From Deltaproteobacteria bacterium (GTDB lineage: Bacteria; Myxococcota_A; Polyangia; Fen-1088), in NCBI GenBank assembly GCA_033763315.1, contig JANRKS010000032.1:512001-576000 (forward strand): a DNA stretch of 64,000 bases, in the 5' to 3' direction. Below are positions 37,978-47,529 of this stretch, piece by piece. The notes below the pieces were generated by a model. That model ran no database searches. It was not told the DNA's origin and saw only the letters and a list, made by a program, of their open reading frames with translations. Each line of letters opens with the position of its first letter. The first letter of the stretch is position 1. The translations under genes and the position numbers were made by a program.

Positions 37978-39011
37978 GCCCTGTGCACCCACAGAGCGGC
38001 CATGGATTGCCGCGAAGGGCGTTCAACCGCGCACGTCTCTGTAACCAGCACATCGACGAGTTCCGCAGGTGTAACGTCGAACGAAGGATTGAAGGCTGCC
38101 GAACCCGCGGGAGCGATGGCCGTGCCTGCAAACATCGTTACCTCTTGCGGGGGACGCTGCTCGATGGGGATCTGTTCGCCGTCACTGAGCGCCCCATCGA
38201 TGGTGGAAGTCGGCGCCACCACCATGAACTTGACCCCATGATGGCGGGCCAAGATCGCCAAGGGATATGTGCCCACTTTGTTCGCCACATCGCCGTTGGC
38301 AGCCACGCGATCCGCGCCAACGATCACCCATTGCACTTGGCCCTGGCGAAACAACGTGGCCGCGGCGCTTTCGGTGCTCACGCAGAAGGGGATGCCTTCT
38401 TGCTGCAACTCCCAAGCGGTCAAACGCGTGCCTTGCATCCACGGACGTGTTTCACCCACGAAGGCTTGCTGCAGGTGACCTCGCCGAAACGCTTCACGTA
38501 CCACCGCCAAAGACGTGCCTTCACCGCCTGTGGCCAGGGCGCCGGCGTTGCAATGCGTGTAGACGTTTGAGCCGGCCGTGATGAAAGCGGCGCCCCGCTG
38601 GCCCATCGCCGCGCATGCCGCGCGATCTTCGGCTGCGATCGCGTGCGCTTCGGCCAAGAGCCTTGCCACCAAGCTTGTCTCAACGTCGCGGTGATCATGA
38701 GCTTGCCAAACACGCCGCATGCGCCGCAAAGCCCAAAACAGATTCACCGCCGTGGGTCGCGAGGCTGCCAAGATCTCCACATCAGCGTTGATGGCTGCGG
38801 CGTTGCTGCCGTGCTGTTGCGCCGCCAACACCACCGCATACGCCGCCGTGATTCCGATGGCAGGCGCGCCACGCACCACCATATCTTTGATGGCGGTGGC
38901 CACGCCCTTCGCATCGACAAAATCGAGGTAGCAAACGTTGTGGGGCAACAAACGTTGATCCAGCAGGCGCAAGCGCTCGCCGGACCACAACACAGGCGAG
39001 GGCGTCTTCAT
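37974..39011 (-). CDS. mtnA: S-methyl-5-thioribose-1-phosphate isomerase
   Basis: LLDQRLLP, MVVRGAPAIG, RPTAVNL, THCNAGALAT, ETRP..QGTRLT, VANKVGT, NPSFDVTP. Confidence 0.95.
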   Translation of the reverse strand: MKTPSPVLWSGERLRLLDQRLLPHNVCYLDFVDAKGVATAIKDMVVRGAPAIGITAAYAVVLAAQQHGSNAAAINADVEILAASRPTAVNLFWALRRMRRVWQAHDHRDVETSLVARLLAEAHAIAAEDRAACAAMGQRGAAFITAGSNVYTHCNAGALATGGEGTSLAVVREAFRRGHLQQAFVGETRPWMQGTRLTAWELQQEGIPFCVSTESAAATLFRQGQVQWVIVGADRVAANGDVANKVGTYPLAILARHHGVKFMVVAPTSTIDGALSDGEQIPIEQRPPQEVTMFAGTAIAPAGSAAFNPSFDVTPAELVDVLVTETCAVERPSRQSMAALWVHRA

Positions 39012-39454
39012 AACGGGTCGTAGGTGGTGAAGATAAAGTCTTGAGCTGCGGCTTTGGCGTGGCAATCCATGCATTTGCTCTGGGGGACGGGCACGCGCTC
39101 GTGGCCTTCGTTGTCGAAGTTGCGCGTGTACTCATCCCAGCGCCATCGGCCTTCTTGTTTGCGTGCCGTTGCCACCAACCACGTGTAAGCCACGCCAGGC
39201 CGGCGCGATTCCTTCACGATGATCGTACCGTCAGGAAAGGGCCTCGTGTTGGCCAACAGCACCGGCAAATCAACGTTGCAGGCGAAGACGTTCTTGATGC
39301 CCTTGTGGGGATCGCCCTCATACGGAGGGATCGGGTCTTTGTTCAAACGCACGCACGTGGGCGCCGTTTGATAACCTTCGATGTCAGCGGGCAGCGTTTC
39401 TCCGCAGGCCGCCACGAGGGCCAGCGCCAGGGCCAAACCGATTCGCCAGAACAT
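39008..39454 (-). CDS. Cytochrome P460-family c-type cytochrome lipoprotein
   Basis: VAAC lipobox, FPDGTIIVKE, C-terminal CMDCH...DFIFT. Confidence 0.75.
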   Translation of the reverse strand: MFWRIGLALALALVAACGETLPADIEGYQTAPTCVRLNKDPIPPYEGDPHKGIKNVFACNVDLPVLLANTRPFPDGTIIVKESRRPGVAYTWLVATARKQEGRWRWDEYTRNFDNEGHERVPVPQSKCMDCHAKAAAQDFIFTTYDPL

Positions 39455-39477
39455 TGGGCGCAGTGTAGCCCGAAGGT

Positions 39478-40029
39478 GTGCGTATCAGGGTATTATCTGT
39501 GTCGATGTTTGGCCTACGCCTGATGACATTTGTCCACGCTTCGTTGGCGTTTGCGGCCCCGGTGCAGGTCGCCGCCAGCGTTGAGGGGATGCCGCGGCCC
39601 ACGGTGGGGTTTGGGCTTGGCCCCGCGGTGTTGTTGAAGTCGCAGTCGCACGCGGTTTCGCATTTGATCAAACCTTTGGCCTCGCTGTACGTGCGCTGGC
39701 CTTGGCGTGAGCGTTTTGAATTTGGCGCGCAGGCGGTGGCACTTGCCGATGACAACCAGCACTACCGGGTGCTGGGGGCCTTGGGGCAAGCGCGTTGGCA
39801 GGCTTGGGCGCGCGGCGTGTTTTCCACTGGTTTTGCCGCAGGGCTCGGTGCTGGCCACGATGCCGACATTCTGCACGCCAACCTGCAGGGGGGCGGGATC
39901 TCCGTTTACGGCACCGCCGGCGTGGATGCCCGCTGGAATGTGGGCTCGCGCTGGGCGGTGGCGGCTGAGGTCGACACCCTCAACCTTGCCACCGTGCGCC
40001 TGGCGGCGTGCTTGTCCGTCCGGTTCTAA
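39478..40029 (+). CDS. Small outer-membrane beta-barrel-like hypothetical protein
   Basis: Signal-like N-terminus, alternating strands, terminal LSVRF; start uncertain. Confidence 0.55.
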   Translation: MRIRVLSVSMFGLRLMTFVHASLAFAAPVQVAASVEGMPRPTVGFGLGPAVLLKSQSHAVSHLIKPLASLYVRWPWRERFEFGAQAVALADDNQHYRVLGALGQARWQAWARGVFSTGFAAGLGAGHDADILHANLQGGGISVYGTAGVDARWNVGSRWAVAAEVDTLNLATVRLAACLSVRF

Positions 40030-40101
40030 GCCCAGCGGTGAAATGGCCTTGACCGCTCAGCGACGATCTCGCACACTGAAGCTGCGAATAGGAATACATC
40101 A

Positions 40102-41145
40102 ATGAATAAACATGCAAAGTCCCCTTCGTCGCCCGGCGCTCACCCTTCCTGGTCTTTTGGTGCGGGCCTCTGGATGTTCGGCCAGTTCGTTGATCGTTAT
40201 GCCTCCGACGCCTATGGCCCACCGGTGAGCACCGTGGAAGCCATCGACCGCGCTGGCCGGGTGGGATCGTTGTCTGTGTTGGACATCAACTACCCATTCA
40301 GCGAAGCCTCGATTGATGTGCCTGAAGTTAAAGCCGCGCTTGAGCGCAACCACCTGCGCGCGTGGGCCGTGACGCCTCACATCTACACGCGCGAGTTTCA
40401 AAAAGGCGCTTTCACCAACCCCGATCCCAGCGTGCGCAAAGGCGCCATCGAGCTGTGCAAAGAAGCGATTGAAGTCGCGCGCGGTTTGGGCGCCAAGTAT
40501 GTGAAGTTTTGGCCCGGCCAAGACGGTTTCGATTACCCATTTCAGGCCGATTACGGCGAGCTGTGGGATCTCACAGTGGCGGGCATCAAAGAGGTGGCCA
40601 GCGCGGATCCGAATATGCAATTCGCGATCGAATACAAGTTCAAGGAGCCACGCACTCACATGACCTTGAGCACGGCTGCACGCACGCTGCTTGCCATTGA
40701 AGAGGCCGGCTTGCCGAACGTGGGCATCGTGATGGACTTGGGCCATTCGCTGTTCGCGCAGGAAACGCCTGCAGAAGTGGTGGAACTTGTGCACCGCCGC
40801 AAGCGCTTAACAAGCGTGGAGCTCAACGACAATTGGCGGCAATGGGATGACGATCTCACGGTGGGCGCGGTGCACTTGGTCGAAACGCTTGAGTACCTGT
40901 GGGCCCTGCGCAAGATCAACTGGCAAGGCCCGCTGCTGCTGGATCAGTTTCCCTTCCGTGAAGATAGCGTCGCGGCGGCTCAACAAAGCATTGCCACGAT
41001 CAAAGCCTTGGTGCGCACGCTCGACAAGATCGACGGGGAGACCCTGCGAGCCGCACAACGCAAACAAGACGCGCTGGCCGCGCAGCGCTTGGTGCAGAAG
41101 TTGTTTCTGCAGGAGTTTGATCTGGCGGACGGGGGCCGGAAGTGA
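40102..41145 (+). CDS. apsI: D-apiose isomerase (xylose isomerase-like TIM barrel)
   Basis: FGAGLW, DRYASDAYGP, GAFTNPD, WPGQDGFDYPFQ, IEYKxxEPR, WDDDL, LDQFPFRE, resembling ApsI as recalled; context with split transketolase and FGGY kinase. Confidence 0.8.
   Translation: MNKHAKSPSSPGAHPSWSFGAGLWMFGQFVDRYASDAYGPPVSTVEAIDRAGRVGSLSVLDINYPFSEASIDVPEVKAALERNHLRAWAVTPHIYTREFQKGAFTNPDPSVRKGAIELCKEAIEVARGLGAKYVKFWPGQDGFDYPFQADYGELWDLTVAGIKEVASADPNMQFAIEYKFKEPRTHMTLSTAARTLLAIEEAGLPNVGIVMDLGHSLFAQETPAEVVELVHRRKRLTSVELNDNWRQWDDDLTVGAVHLVETLEYLWALRKINWQGPLLLDQFPFREDSVAAAQQSIATIKALVRTLDKIDGETLRAAQRKQDALAAQRLVQKLFLQEFDLADGGRK
40103..40116. promoter_or_regulatory. Candidate SorC-family operator overlapping the apsI start
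   Basis: Imperfect palindrome TGAATAAACATGCA; upstream TTGACC-N17-CACACT at 40049-40077. Confidence 0.35.
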
Positions 41146-41975
41146 ACTGGCAAGCGCCAGGCTCGCCCGCCGAGCTGCGTGCCGAAGCGCAGGCCGCTCG
41201 TCAAGACGCCCTCAACATGATCGTGGGCGCCGGCTTAGGGCACATTGGTGGTGACTTCTCGGCGCTCGACATCGTGACGGTGCTTTACGGCGCCATCTTG
41301 CGCGTCGATCCCGCGAACCCACGTGCAACCGATCGCGACCGTTTCATCATGAGCAAGGGCCACGCCACCGGTGCACTCTACGTCACCTTGGCCCGGCGCG
41401 GGTTCTTTGCCACGGAAGAGCTGCGTACCTTTGCCAAGCCGCTTTCGCGCTTGGGGGGCCACCCCGATCGCACGAAACTGCCAGGCGTGGAGGCCAACAC
41501 AGGCCCCTTAGGTCACGGTCTGCCGGTGGCGGTGGGGGCGGCCTTGGCGGCGAAGCTTTCGGGCCAAACCTATCGTTCGTTCGTGCTCACGGGCGATGGC
41601 GAGTTGCAAGAGGGCAGCAACTGGGAGGCGGCCATGACCGCAGCCCACAACAAGTTGGATAACCTTGTTGTCACGGTGGATCGCAATCACTTGCAACAAG
41701 GCGATCGCACCGAGAACACGATGGCGCTTGAATCGCTGGCAGCCAAATGGGCGGCGTTCGGTTTCGAGGTTGTGCACGTGGACGGGCACGATCATAAGGC
41801 GCTGCTCGAAGTTTACAGCCACGTTCCCGTGCGTGAAGGCAAACCCACCGTGGTGATCGCGCGCACCACCAAAGGCAAAGGCGTTAGCTTCATGGAAGAC
41901 GGCGCGGCCTGGCATCACAAAGTTCCTTCGGCCGCTGAGTGCGCGGCCGCGCTGCGCGAACTGCAAACGAGCTAA
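41142..41975 (+). CDS. aptA: Transketolase N-terminal subunit (apulose-4-phosphate transketolase A)
   Basis: GHIGG, DRFIMSKGH, TGPLGHGL, GDGELQEGSNWEA, TTKGKG. Confidence 0.8.
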   Translation: MNWQAPGSPAELRAEAQAARQDALNMIVGAGLGHIGGDFSALDIVTVLYGAILRVDPANPRATDRDRFIMSKGHATGALYVTLARRGFFATEELRTFAKPLSRLGGHPDRTKLPGVEANTGPLGHGLPVAVGAALAAKLSGQTYRSFVLTGDGELQEGSNWEAAMTAAHNKLDNLVVTVDRNHLQQGDRTENTMALESLAAKWAAFGFEVVHVDGHDHKALLEVYSHVPVREGKPTVVIARTTKGKGVSFMEDGAAWHHKVPSAAECAAALRELQTS

Positions 41976-41977
41976 AA

Positions 41978-42940
41978 ATGGAAAAACTGTTTGATTGTAG
42001 AGACGCGTTCGCCGCCACCTTGGAAGCGTTGGCCGAGCAGGATCCGCGCGTGGTGGTTGTGTGCAACGACTCGGTCGGTTCAAGCAAGCTTTCGGGTTTC
42101 AAGCAACGTTTCGCCGATCGCCTGGTGAATGTGGGCATCGCCGAACAGAACATGATCGGCGTGGCGGCGGGGCTTGCAAACGGTGGCAAAATACCGTTTG
42201 TGTGCGGCGCTTCGTGTTTCCTCACCGGTCGGGCGCTTGAACAGATCAAAGCTGATTTGGCCTACGCCAAAGCCAACGTTAAGCTGTGTGGCATGTCGAG
42301 CGGCATGGCCTACGGCGAGCTTGGGCCCACACATCATTCAATCGAAGATCTGGCGTGGACGAGGGCCATCGCTGATCTCGCAGTGGTGGTGCCTTCTGAT
42401 CCCATCGAAACGCGGGAGGCCGTTAAATTCGCGCACGCGTATACGGGGCCTGTGTTCTTGCGTCTTTCGCGCATGGGGGTGCCCGCCGTGCACACGGAAG
42501 ATTATCAGTTCGCGTTTGGCAAGGCTGATGAACTGCGCGCCGGTCACGACGTGACTTTGATCGCAAACGGCACGCTGGTCACACGCTGCTTGCAAGCGGC
42601 TCAACGGCTTGGCGACGGTGGCATCTCGGCGCGCGTGTTGAACATGCACAGCGTGCGGCCCCTGGATGATGCCGCTGTTGTTGCCGCCGCACGCGAGACG
42701 GGCGCCTTGGTCACAGTGGAAGAGCACACGACGCGTGGAGGTTTGGGCGGCGCCGTCGCTGAAGCGGTGGTGCAAGGGGCGCCTGTGCCGATGGCGATCC
42801 TGGGTGTGCCCGGCGTGTTCGCTCCCACAGGGTCGGCTGAATTTCTGTTGGACCATTTTGGCATGAGCGTGGACGGCATCGTGCAAGCCGCGCGCGGCGT
42901 GATCGCGCGCAAAGAGCCGCGGCAAAAGGCAGCTGTGTGA
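41978..42940 (+). CDS. aptB: Transketolase C-terminal subunit (apulose-4-phosphate transketolase B)
   Basis: NVGIAEQN, GPTHHSIED, VTVEEH..GGLG. Confidence 0.8.
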   Translation: MEKLFDCRDAFAATLEALAEQDPRVVVVCNDSVGSSKLSGFKQRFADRLVNVGIAEQNMIGVAAGLANGGKIPFVCGASCFLTGRALEQIKADLAYAKANVKLCGMSSGMAYGELGPTHHSIEDLAWTRAIADLAVVVPSDPIETREAVKFAHAYTGPVFLRLSRMGVPAVHTEDYQFAFGKADELRAGHDVTLIANGTLVTRCLQAAQRLGDGGISARVLNMHSVRPLDDAAVVAAARETGALVTVEEHTTRGGLGGAVAEAVVQGAPVPMAILGVPGVFAPTGSAEFLLDHFGMSVDGIVQAARGVIARKEPRQKAAV

Positions 42941-44421
42941 CGCGGCCCTATGTGCTCGCGATCGATCAAGGCACCACCAATACGAAAGTCTTGGCGGTTG
43001 ATGCCGATGGCCGCGTCTTGGCGAAGGCGTCCGAGCCTTTGCCCATCGCATACCCGGAACCGGGCTGGGTGCAGTGTGAAGCCCAGGCGCTGTGGAACAC
43101 GGTGCAATTGGCATGCGCCAAGGTGCTCGCCGAACTGCATCCCCAGCTGCCGGCGGCAATCGGGATCAGCAACCAACGTGAATCGACCCTCGCGTGGGAC
43201 AAACGCACCGGCGAGGCGTTGGGCCCTGTGGTCGTGTGGCAATGCCGGCGCTCCACGGCGTTGTGCGATCGCGTCCGTGAACACGCCAGCACCATCCACA
43301 AGATCACCGGCCTTGGCGTGGATCCGCTGTTCTCAAGCACGAAGATGCAGTGGTTGCTGCAAAACATTCCGCAAGCCGCGCGCGCGGCTTCGCAAGGCCA
43401 CTTGGCGCTCGGCACCGTGGACGCGTGGTTGTTGTGGAATCTGACGGGCGGCGCCGCGTTCGCAACCGACGCCTCCAACGCCAGCCGAACGCAGTTGTAT
43501 GGCTTGCAAAGCGGAAGCTGGGACGCCGCTATGTGTGAGCTGTTCGATGTGCCTATGCACGCGTTGCCGGAGATCAAAGCCACGAACGCCTTGTTCGGTC
43601 ACACGGCCAGCGGCTCAGGACTGCCCGCGGGCGTACCCATCTTTGCGTTGTTCGCTGATTCACACGCGGCTTTCTTTGCTCATGGCGCCACACAGGGTGG
43701 GGTGAAGGCCACGTACGGCACAGGCTCGTCTTTGTTGGCCACCACACCCCAGCTTGTTTTGTCGCAACGGGGGTTGTCATCGACGGTGGCGTGGCGGCTC
43801 CAAGGCGACGCCGCCGCGACGTTTGCGTTAGAAGGCAACGTTGCGGTCGCCGGTGCGGCCTTGCAATGGTTGGCGCAGGTGCTGTTTGGCAACGATGATG
43901 TGGCGCGCGTGGCTGCGTTGGCGGCCAGCGTTCCAGACGCCGCGGGGGTGTATTTGGTGCCTGCGTTCGTGGGCTTGGGGGCGCCGCATTGGGAACCGAA
44001 CGCGCGCGGTTTGCTGACGGGCCTCACCCGGGGCACAACCGCGGCGCACATCTGCCGGGCGGGCTTAGAATCGCTGGCTTATCAGGTCAAGGATGTGATC
44101 ACGGCGCTTGAAGCCGAGCAGGGCGCGGCTTACGCGTCTGTGTTCGCCGACGGCGGCGCCAGCGGCAACGATTCGTTGATGCAATTTCAGGCGGACACCT
44201 TAGATCGGCAGGTGTTGCGTGCGTCGCAGCCTGATCTGTCTGCCTTAGGCACCGCGTATATGGCGGGCCTCGGCGCCGGCCTGTGGAATTCCGTGAAGGA
44301 CGTCGCTGCCTTACCGAAGGATCGCCACAGCTTTGTTCCGCGTATGCCCGCCCACGTGCGCGAAACGGCCTACGAGGGGTGGAAGCGCGCCATCGCGCAA
44401 GTGCTTGAGCGCGGCCACTAA
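42937..44421 (+). CDS. aplK: FGGY carbohydrate kinase (apulose kinase)
   Basis: AIDQGTT, GISNQRES, WQCRR, NASRT, ATYGTGS, ADGG; DSHAA instead of the GlpK DQQ motif. Confidence 0.75.
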   Translation: MTRPYVLAIDQGTTNTKVLAVDADGRVLAKASEPLPIAYPEPGWVQCEAQALWNTVQLACAKVLAELHPQLPAAIGISNQRESTLAWDKRTGEALGPVVVWQCRRSTALCDRVREHASTIHKITGLGVDPLFSSTKMQWLLQNIPQAARAASQGHLALGTVDAWLLWNLTGGAAFATDASNASRTQLYGLQSGSWDAAMCELFDVPMHALPEIKATNALFGHTASGSGLPAGVPIFALFADSHAAFFAHGATQGGVKATYGTGSSLLATTPQLVLSQRGLSSTVAWRLQGDAAATFALEGNVAVAGAALQWLAQVLFGNDDVARVAALAASVPDAAGVYLVPAFVGLGAPHWEPNARGLLTGLTRGTTAAHICRAGLESLAYQVKDVITALEAEQGAAYASVFADGGASGNDSLMQFQADTLDRQVLRASQPDLSALGTAYMAGLGAGLWNSVKDVAALPKDRHSFVPRMPAHVRETAYEGWKRAIAQVLERGH

Positions 44422-44525
44422 GGGCCTACGATCACCCGCGACCGAACCACGACAGCCGCGTCGCGTTTATGCGGCGGCTGCAAACGCGGTCGAATGAAAT
44501 TCGATGCTTAGCGCACAAAAAGCCT

Positions 44526-44541
44526 TGGCCCTGCGGTTGCA
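44526..44541 (+). promoter_or_regulatory. sigma54 promoter (VWA lipoprotein)
   Basis: TGGCCC-TGCGG-TTGCA. Confidence 0.65.
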
Positions 44542-44555
44542 GTCAAGGCTTGCTC

Positions 44556-46259
44556 ATGAGCCAGACTGCGCGATTTCATCAAGCCCTTGTGTTGTGCACC
44601 GCCTTGGCCTTCGTGTTGGCCAGCGGGGCGTGTACGAGTATGGACGCGGACGAAGGATCGTGGAACGATCAGGGCACCACCAACAGCCCTACGGTTCCCG
44701 CCAATTCGGGTGCGGCCGGATCTTCGGGCACCTCCAACGCGGGTCCCTTCGTGGGTGCAGATGCCGGTGCGCCGCTGGGCTCCGGTGGGTTTTCGGGCAC
44801 GGGTGGCATGCCCGGCACCGGCGGCGGGGCTGTGGCGGCGGTGTTGCCCACGAACCCGTTCGTCAACGTGGCTCACGATCCCTTCTCCACGTTTGCGACC
44901 GACGTGGACACCGCCAGCTACGACATCTTTCGTCGTGACGTGAACCTCGGGCGGTTGCCGCAAGCCAGCCAAGTTCGGCTCGAAGAGTTCGTCAACAGCT
45001 TTGCTTATGAATACGCGGCGCCTGCACCCACCTCAGAGGTGCCGTTCGCCATTGGCATCAAGGCCGCCGTCTCACCGTTTGCTTCTGGCACCACATTGGT
45101 GCGTGTGAATGTGCAAGGCAAATCTGCGGCGGCCGTTGAGAAAAAGCCGGCCAACATCGTTTACCTCATTGACGTGTCGGGCAGCATGGCAAGCGATGAT
45201 AAGTTGCCCTTGGTCAAACAGGTGGCGCGCGCAAGCTTGGATGTCTTGTCACCCACCGATAAGGTTTCCATCGTCACCTACTCAGGGTCGACCGAACTCA
45301 AACTATCGGCTGTGCCCGCCTCTGAGAAAACAAGAATTCGCGCCGTGATTGACGGGTTGCGCGCCGCTGGTTCCACGGCGGGAGGCAGCGGCATCACGCT
45401 CGCTTATGAAGCGGCTGCCGCGGGCTTCATCCCAGGCGGCATCAACCACGTGATCATGTGCACCGATGGTGATTTCAACGTTGGCATCAGCAGCACCGAC
45501 GCGCTCGTTCGACTGATTGAGGAGAAACGCAAGACGGGGATCACCTTAACGGCGCTCGGTTTTGGCTCAGACAATTTGAACGACCTGATGATGGAACGCG
45601 TGAGCAACGCGGGCAATGGCGTGTACGCCGTGATCAGCAACGAAGGCCAAGCGGCCACTTATGTGCGCGACTCGCTGTTGTCGACCATCGTTCACATTGC
45701 CAAAGACGTGAAGATCCAAGTTGAGTTCAACCCGGCGCGCGTGGTGGCTTATCGGTTGTTGGGCTATGAAAATCGGGCCATCGCCGACACCAACTTCCGC
45801 AACGACGCCATTGATGCAGGCGAAATTGGCGCCGGCCACCGCGTGACAGCGCTTTACGAAGTGGTGCTTGTGGGAGGCGTTGTGCCGATGCCGGTCGGCG
45901 CGCCGGCGGTGCAGACGGGGGCACCTGTGGCCGGTGCGCGGGAAACGCTGGCCACCGATTTGGCGATGGTCAAGGTGCGCTACAAGTTGCCTGGCGCCAC
46001 CGAATCCGACGCCGCCCGCGAAGTGAACGGGCACCTCAGTGGTGACGAGGTTGTGCAGACCTTGGCCGCCGCAGACGCCGACACGCAGTGGGCGGCCGCG
46101 GTGGCGGCGTTTGCCGAGGTGCTCAAGGGCAGCCCGTTTGCGAACCGCGGGAACCTCGGCACCATTGCCGCGGTGGTTGAAGCTCAAAAATCGCGCGACG
46201 AAGGGCGTGGTGAATTTGCGGTGCTGTTTGCCAAAGCCGTGAAGCTGCTTGGGCAGTGA
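44556..46259 (+). CDS. YfbK-like VWA domain lipoprotein (vWF_A, DUF3520)
   Basis: SGAC lipobox, Gly-rich linker, STFATDVDTASY, DVSGSM, TDGDFNVG, YRLLGYENR, DAGEIGAGH. Confidence 0.9.
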   Translation: MSQTARFHQALVLCTALAFVLASGACTSMDADEGSWNDQGTTNSPTVPANSGAAGSSGTSNAGPFVGADAGAPLGSGGFSGTGGMPGTGGGAVAAVLPTNPFVNVAHDPFSTFATDVDTASYDIFRRDVNLGRLPQASQVRLEEFVNSFAYEYAAPAPTSEVPFAIGIKAAVSPFASGTTLVRVNVQGKSAAAVEKKPANIVYLIDVSGSMASDDKLPLVKQVARASLDVLSPTDKVSIVTYSGSTELKLSAVPASEKTRIRAVIDGLRAAGSTAGGSGITLAYEAAAAGFIPGGINHVIMCTDGDFNVGISSTDALVRLIEEKRKTGITLTALGFGSDNLNDLMMERVSNAGNGVYAVISNEGQAATYVRDSLLSTIVHIAKDVKIQVEFNPARVVAYRLLGYENRAIADTNFRNDAIDAGEIGAGHRVTALYEVVLVGGVVPMPVGAPAVQTGAPVAGARETLATDLAMVKVRYKLPGATESDAAREVNGHLSGDEVVQTLAAADADTQWAAAVAAFAEVLKGSPFANRGNLGTIAAVVEAQKSRDEGRGEFAVLFAKAVKLLGQ

Positions 46260-46262
46260 AAA

Positions 46263-46298
46263 GCGAAGCCGCCCGGGTTTTCTTGGCTTCGCGAAGCC
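46263..46298. repeat. Palindromic element or possible terminator
   Basis: GCGAAGCC (46263-70) pairs with GGCTTCGC (46285-92); GGCTTCGCGAAGCC (46285-98) is a perfect palindrome. Confidence 0.5.
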
Positions 46299-46421
46299 GC
46301 CCCCGTGTCGGCCAGCGGTGGCCGTGGTAGTGTCCACGGCCCGCTGTGACTGCACGTTATTGCCGTTTGCCGTTGTATGTAAACCCCGTTTTGGCTGCGC
46401 CCGGCTACGCTGGAGCGGCGT

Positions 46422-47432
46422 ATGTCTGAACGACCCAAACTTGCGCCTGGCGCGGGCGACGATCGACGCAGCAGCGCCGATCCGCGTGAGCTGCGCTTGC
46501 TGGCCAAAGCGGCACGCCTTTACTACGAAAAGGGCCTAAGCCAGGCCGAAATTGGCGCGATCATGGATCTCTCGCAAGCCACAGTGTCGCGTCTTCTCAA
46601 ACGCGCTTTGGATGAGAAGATCGTGCGCATCACGGTCAGCATTCCGGGCGGCACGTGCCCCGAGATCGAAGATCAGCTCGAACGCCGTTACAACATGCGC
46701 GAGGTGATCGTGGTGGACGCCGTGGGCGACGAGGCCGACACGCTCAAAGATCTAGGCGCCGCTGCTGCTTTCTACGTGGAAACAACCCTAAAGCCGGGCA
46801 CGGTGGTTGGGATCTCTTCGTGGAGCTCCACGCTGCTGGCGATGGTGGACGCCATGCACCCGCCGTTGCGCGGCGGCGGCACGAAGGTTGTGCAAATCTT
46901 GGGTGGCGTGGGCAGCCCCACCGCCGAAGTGCACGCCACGCGGTTGACGCAAAGGCTGGCGCAACTGTTGGGGGGGCAAGCGGTGTTGTTGCCTGCGCCC
47001 GGCGTGGTGGCCAGCCCAGAGACGCGGCGGGTTCTGTTAAAGGATCCCTACATCGCTGATTCGCTGCAGGCGCTTGAGCAAGTGGAGGTGGCGCTGGTGG
47101 GCATCGGGGATCTCGAACCGTCCAAGCTGCTGGCCGCCAGTGGCAACGCTTTTTCCGCGAAGGAGTTGGAAAGCCTGCAAAAGCTCGGTGCCGTGGGTGA
47201 CATTTGCCTACGGTTCTTCGACAAGGAAGGCAAGGCCGTGCCATCCAAGCTGGATGAGCGGGTGATCGGCATGTCGCTGGCGCAGCTGGCGAAAGTGCAA
47301 CGCACGGTGGGTGTGGCGGCTGGCAAACGCAAAGTGCCCGCCATCGCAGCCGCTCTGCGCGCGCGGTTGGTCAGCGTCTTGGTCACCGACAAAACCACCG
47401 CCTTAGCCATCTTGGCCCACGACGAAGCCTGA
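46422..47432 (+). CDS. SorC/LsrR-family sugar-binding transcriptional regulator
   Basis: ARLYYEKGLSQAEI..VSRLL HTH; GAVGDIC, GVAAG, LVTD. Confidence 0.92.
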   Translation: MSERPKLAPGAGDDRRSSADPRELRLLAKAARLYYEKGLSQAEIGAIMDLSQATVSRLLKRALDEKIVRITVSIPGGTCPEIEDQLERRYNMREVIVVDAVGDEADTLKDLGAAAAFYVETTLKPGTVVGISSWSSTLLAMVDAMHPPLRGGGTKVVQILGGVGSPTAEVHATRLTQRLAQLLGGQAVLLPAPGVVASPETRRVLLKDPYIADSLQALEQVEVALVGIGDLEPSKLLAASGNAFSAKELESLQKLGAVGDICLRFFDKEGKAVPSKLDERVIGMSLAQLAKVQRTVGVAAGKRKVPAIAAALRARLVSVLVTDKTTALAILAHDEA

Positions 47433-47529
47433 GTCCGTTCAGCAAATTTGCGGCAAACGAAAACTCCCCGAAACAAACAGTCGCGTACACTGTCGACGCT
47501 CGTCACAGCCGCGCTTGCTAGGAACACAT

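Noticed and set aside
40102-44421. Xylose isomerase and glycerol kinase calls
   Set aside because: Motifs and the split-transketolase context fit the apiose pathway better
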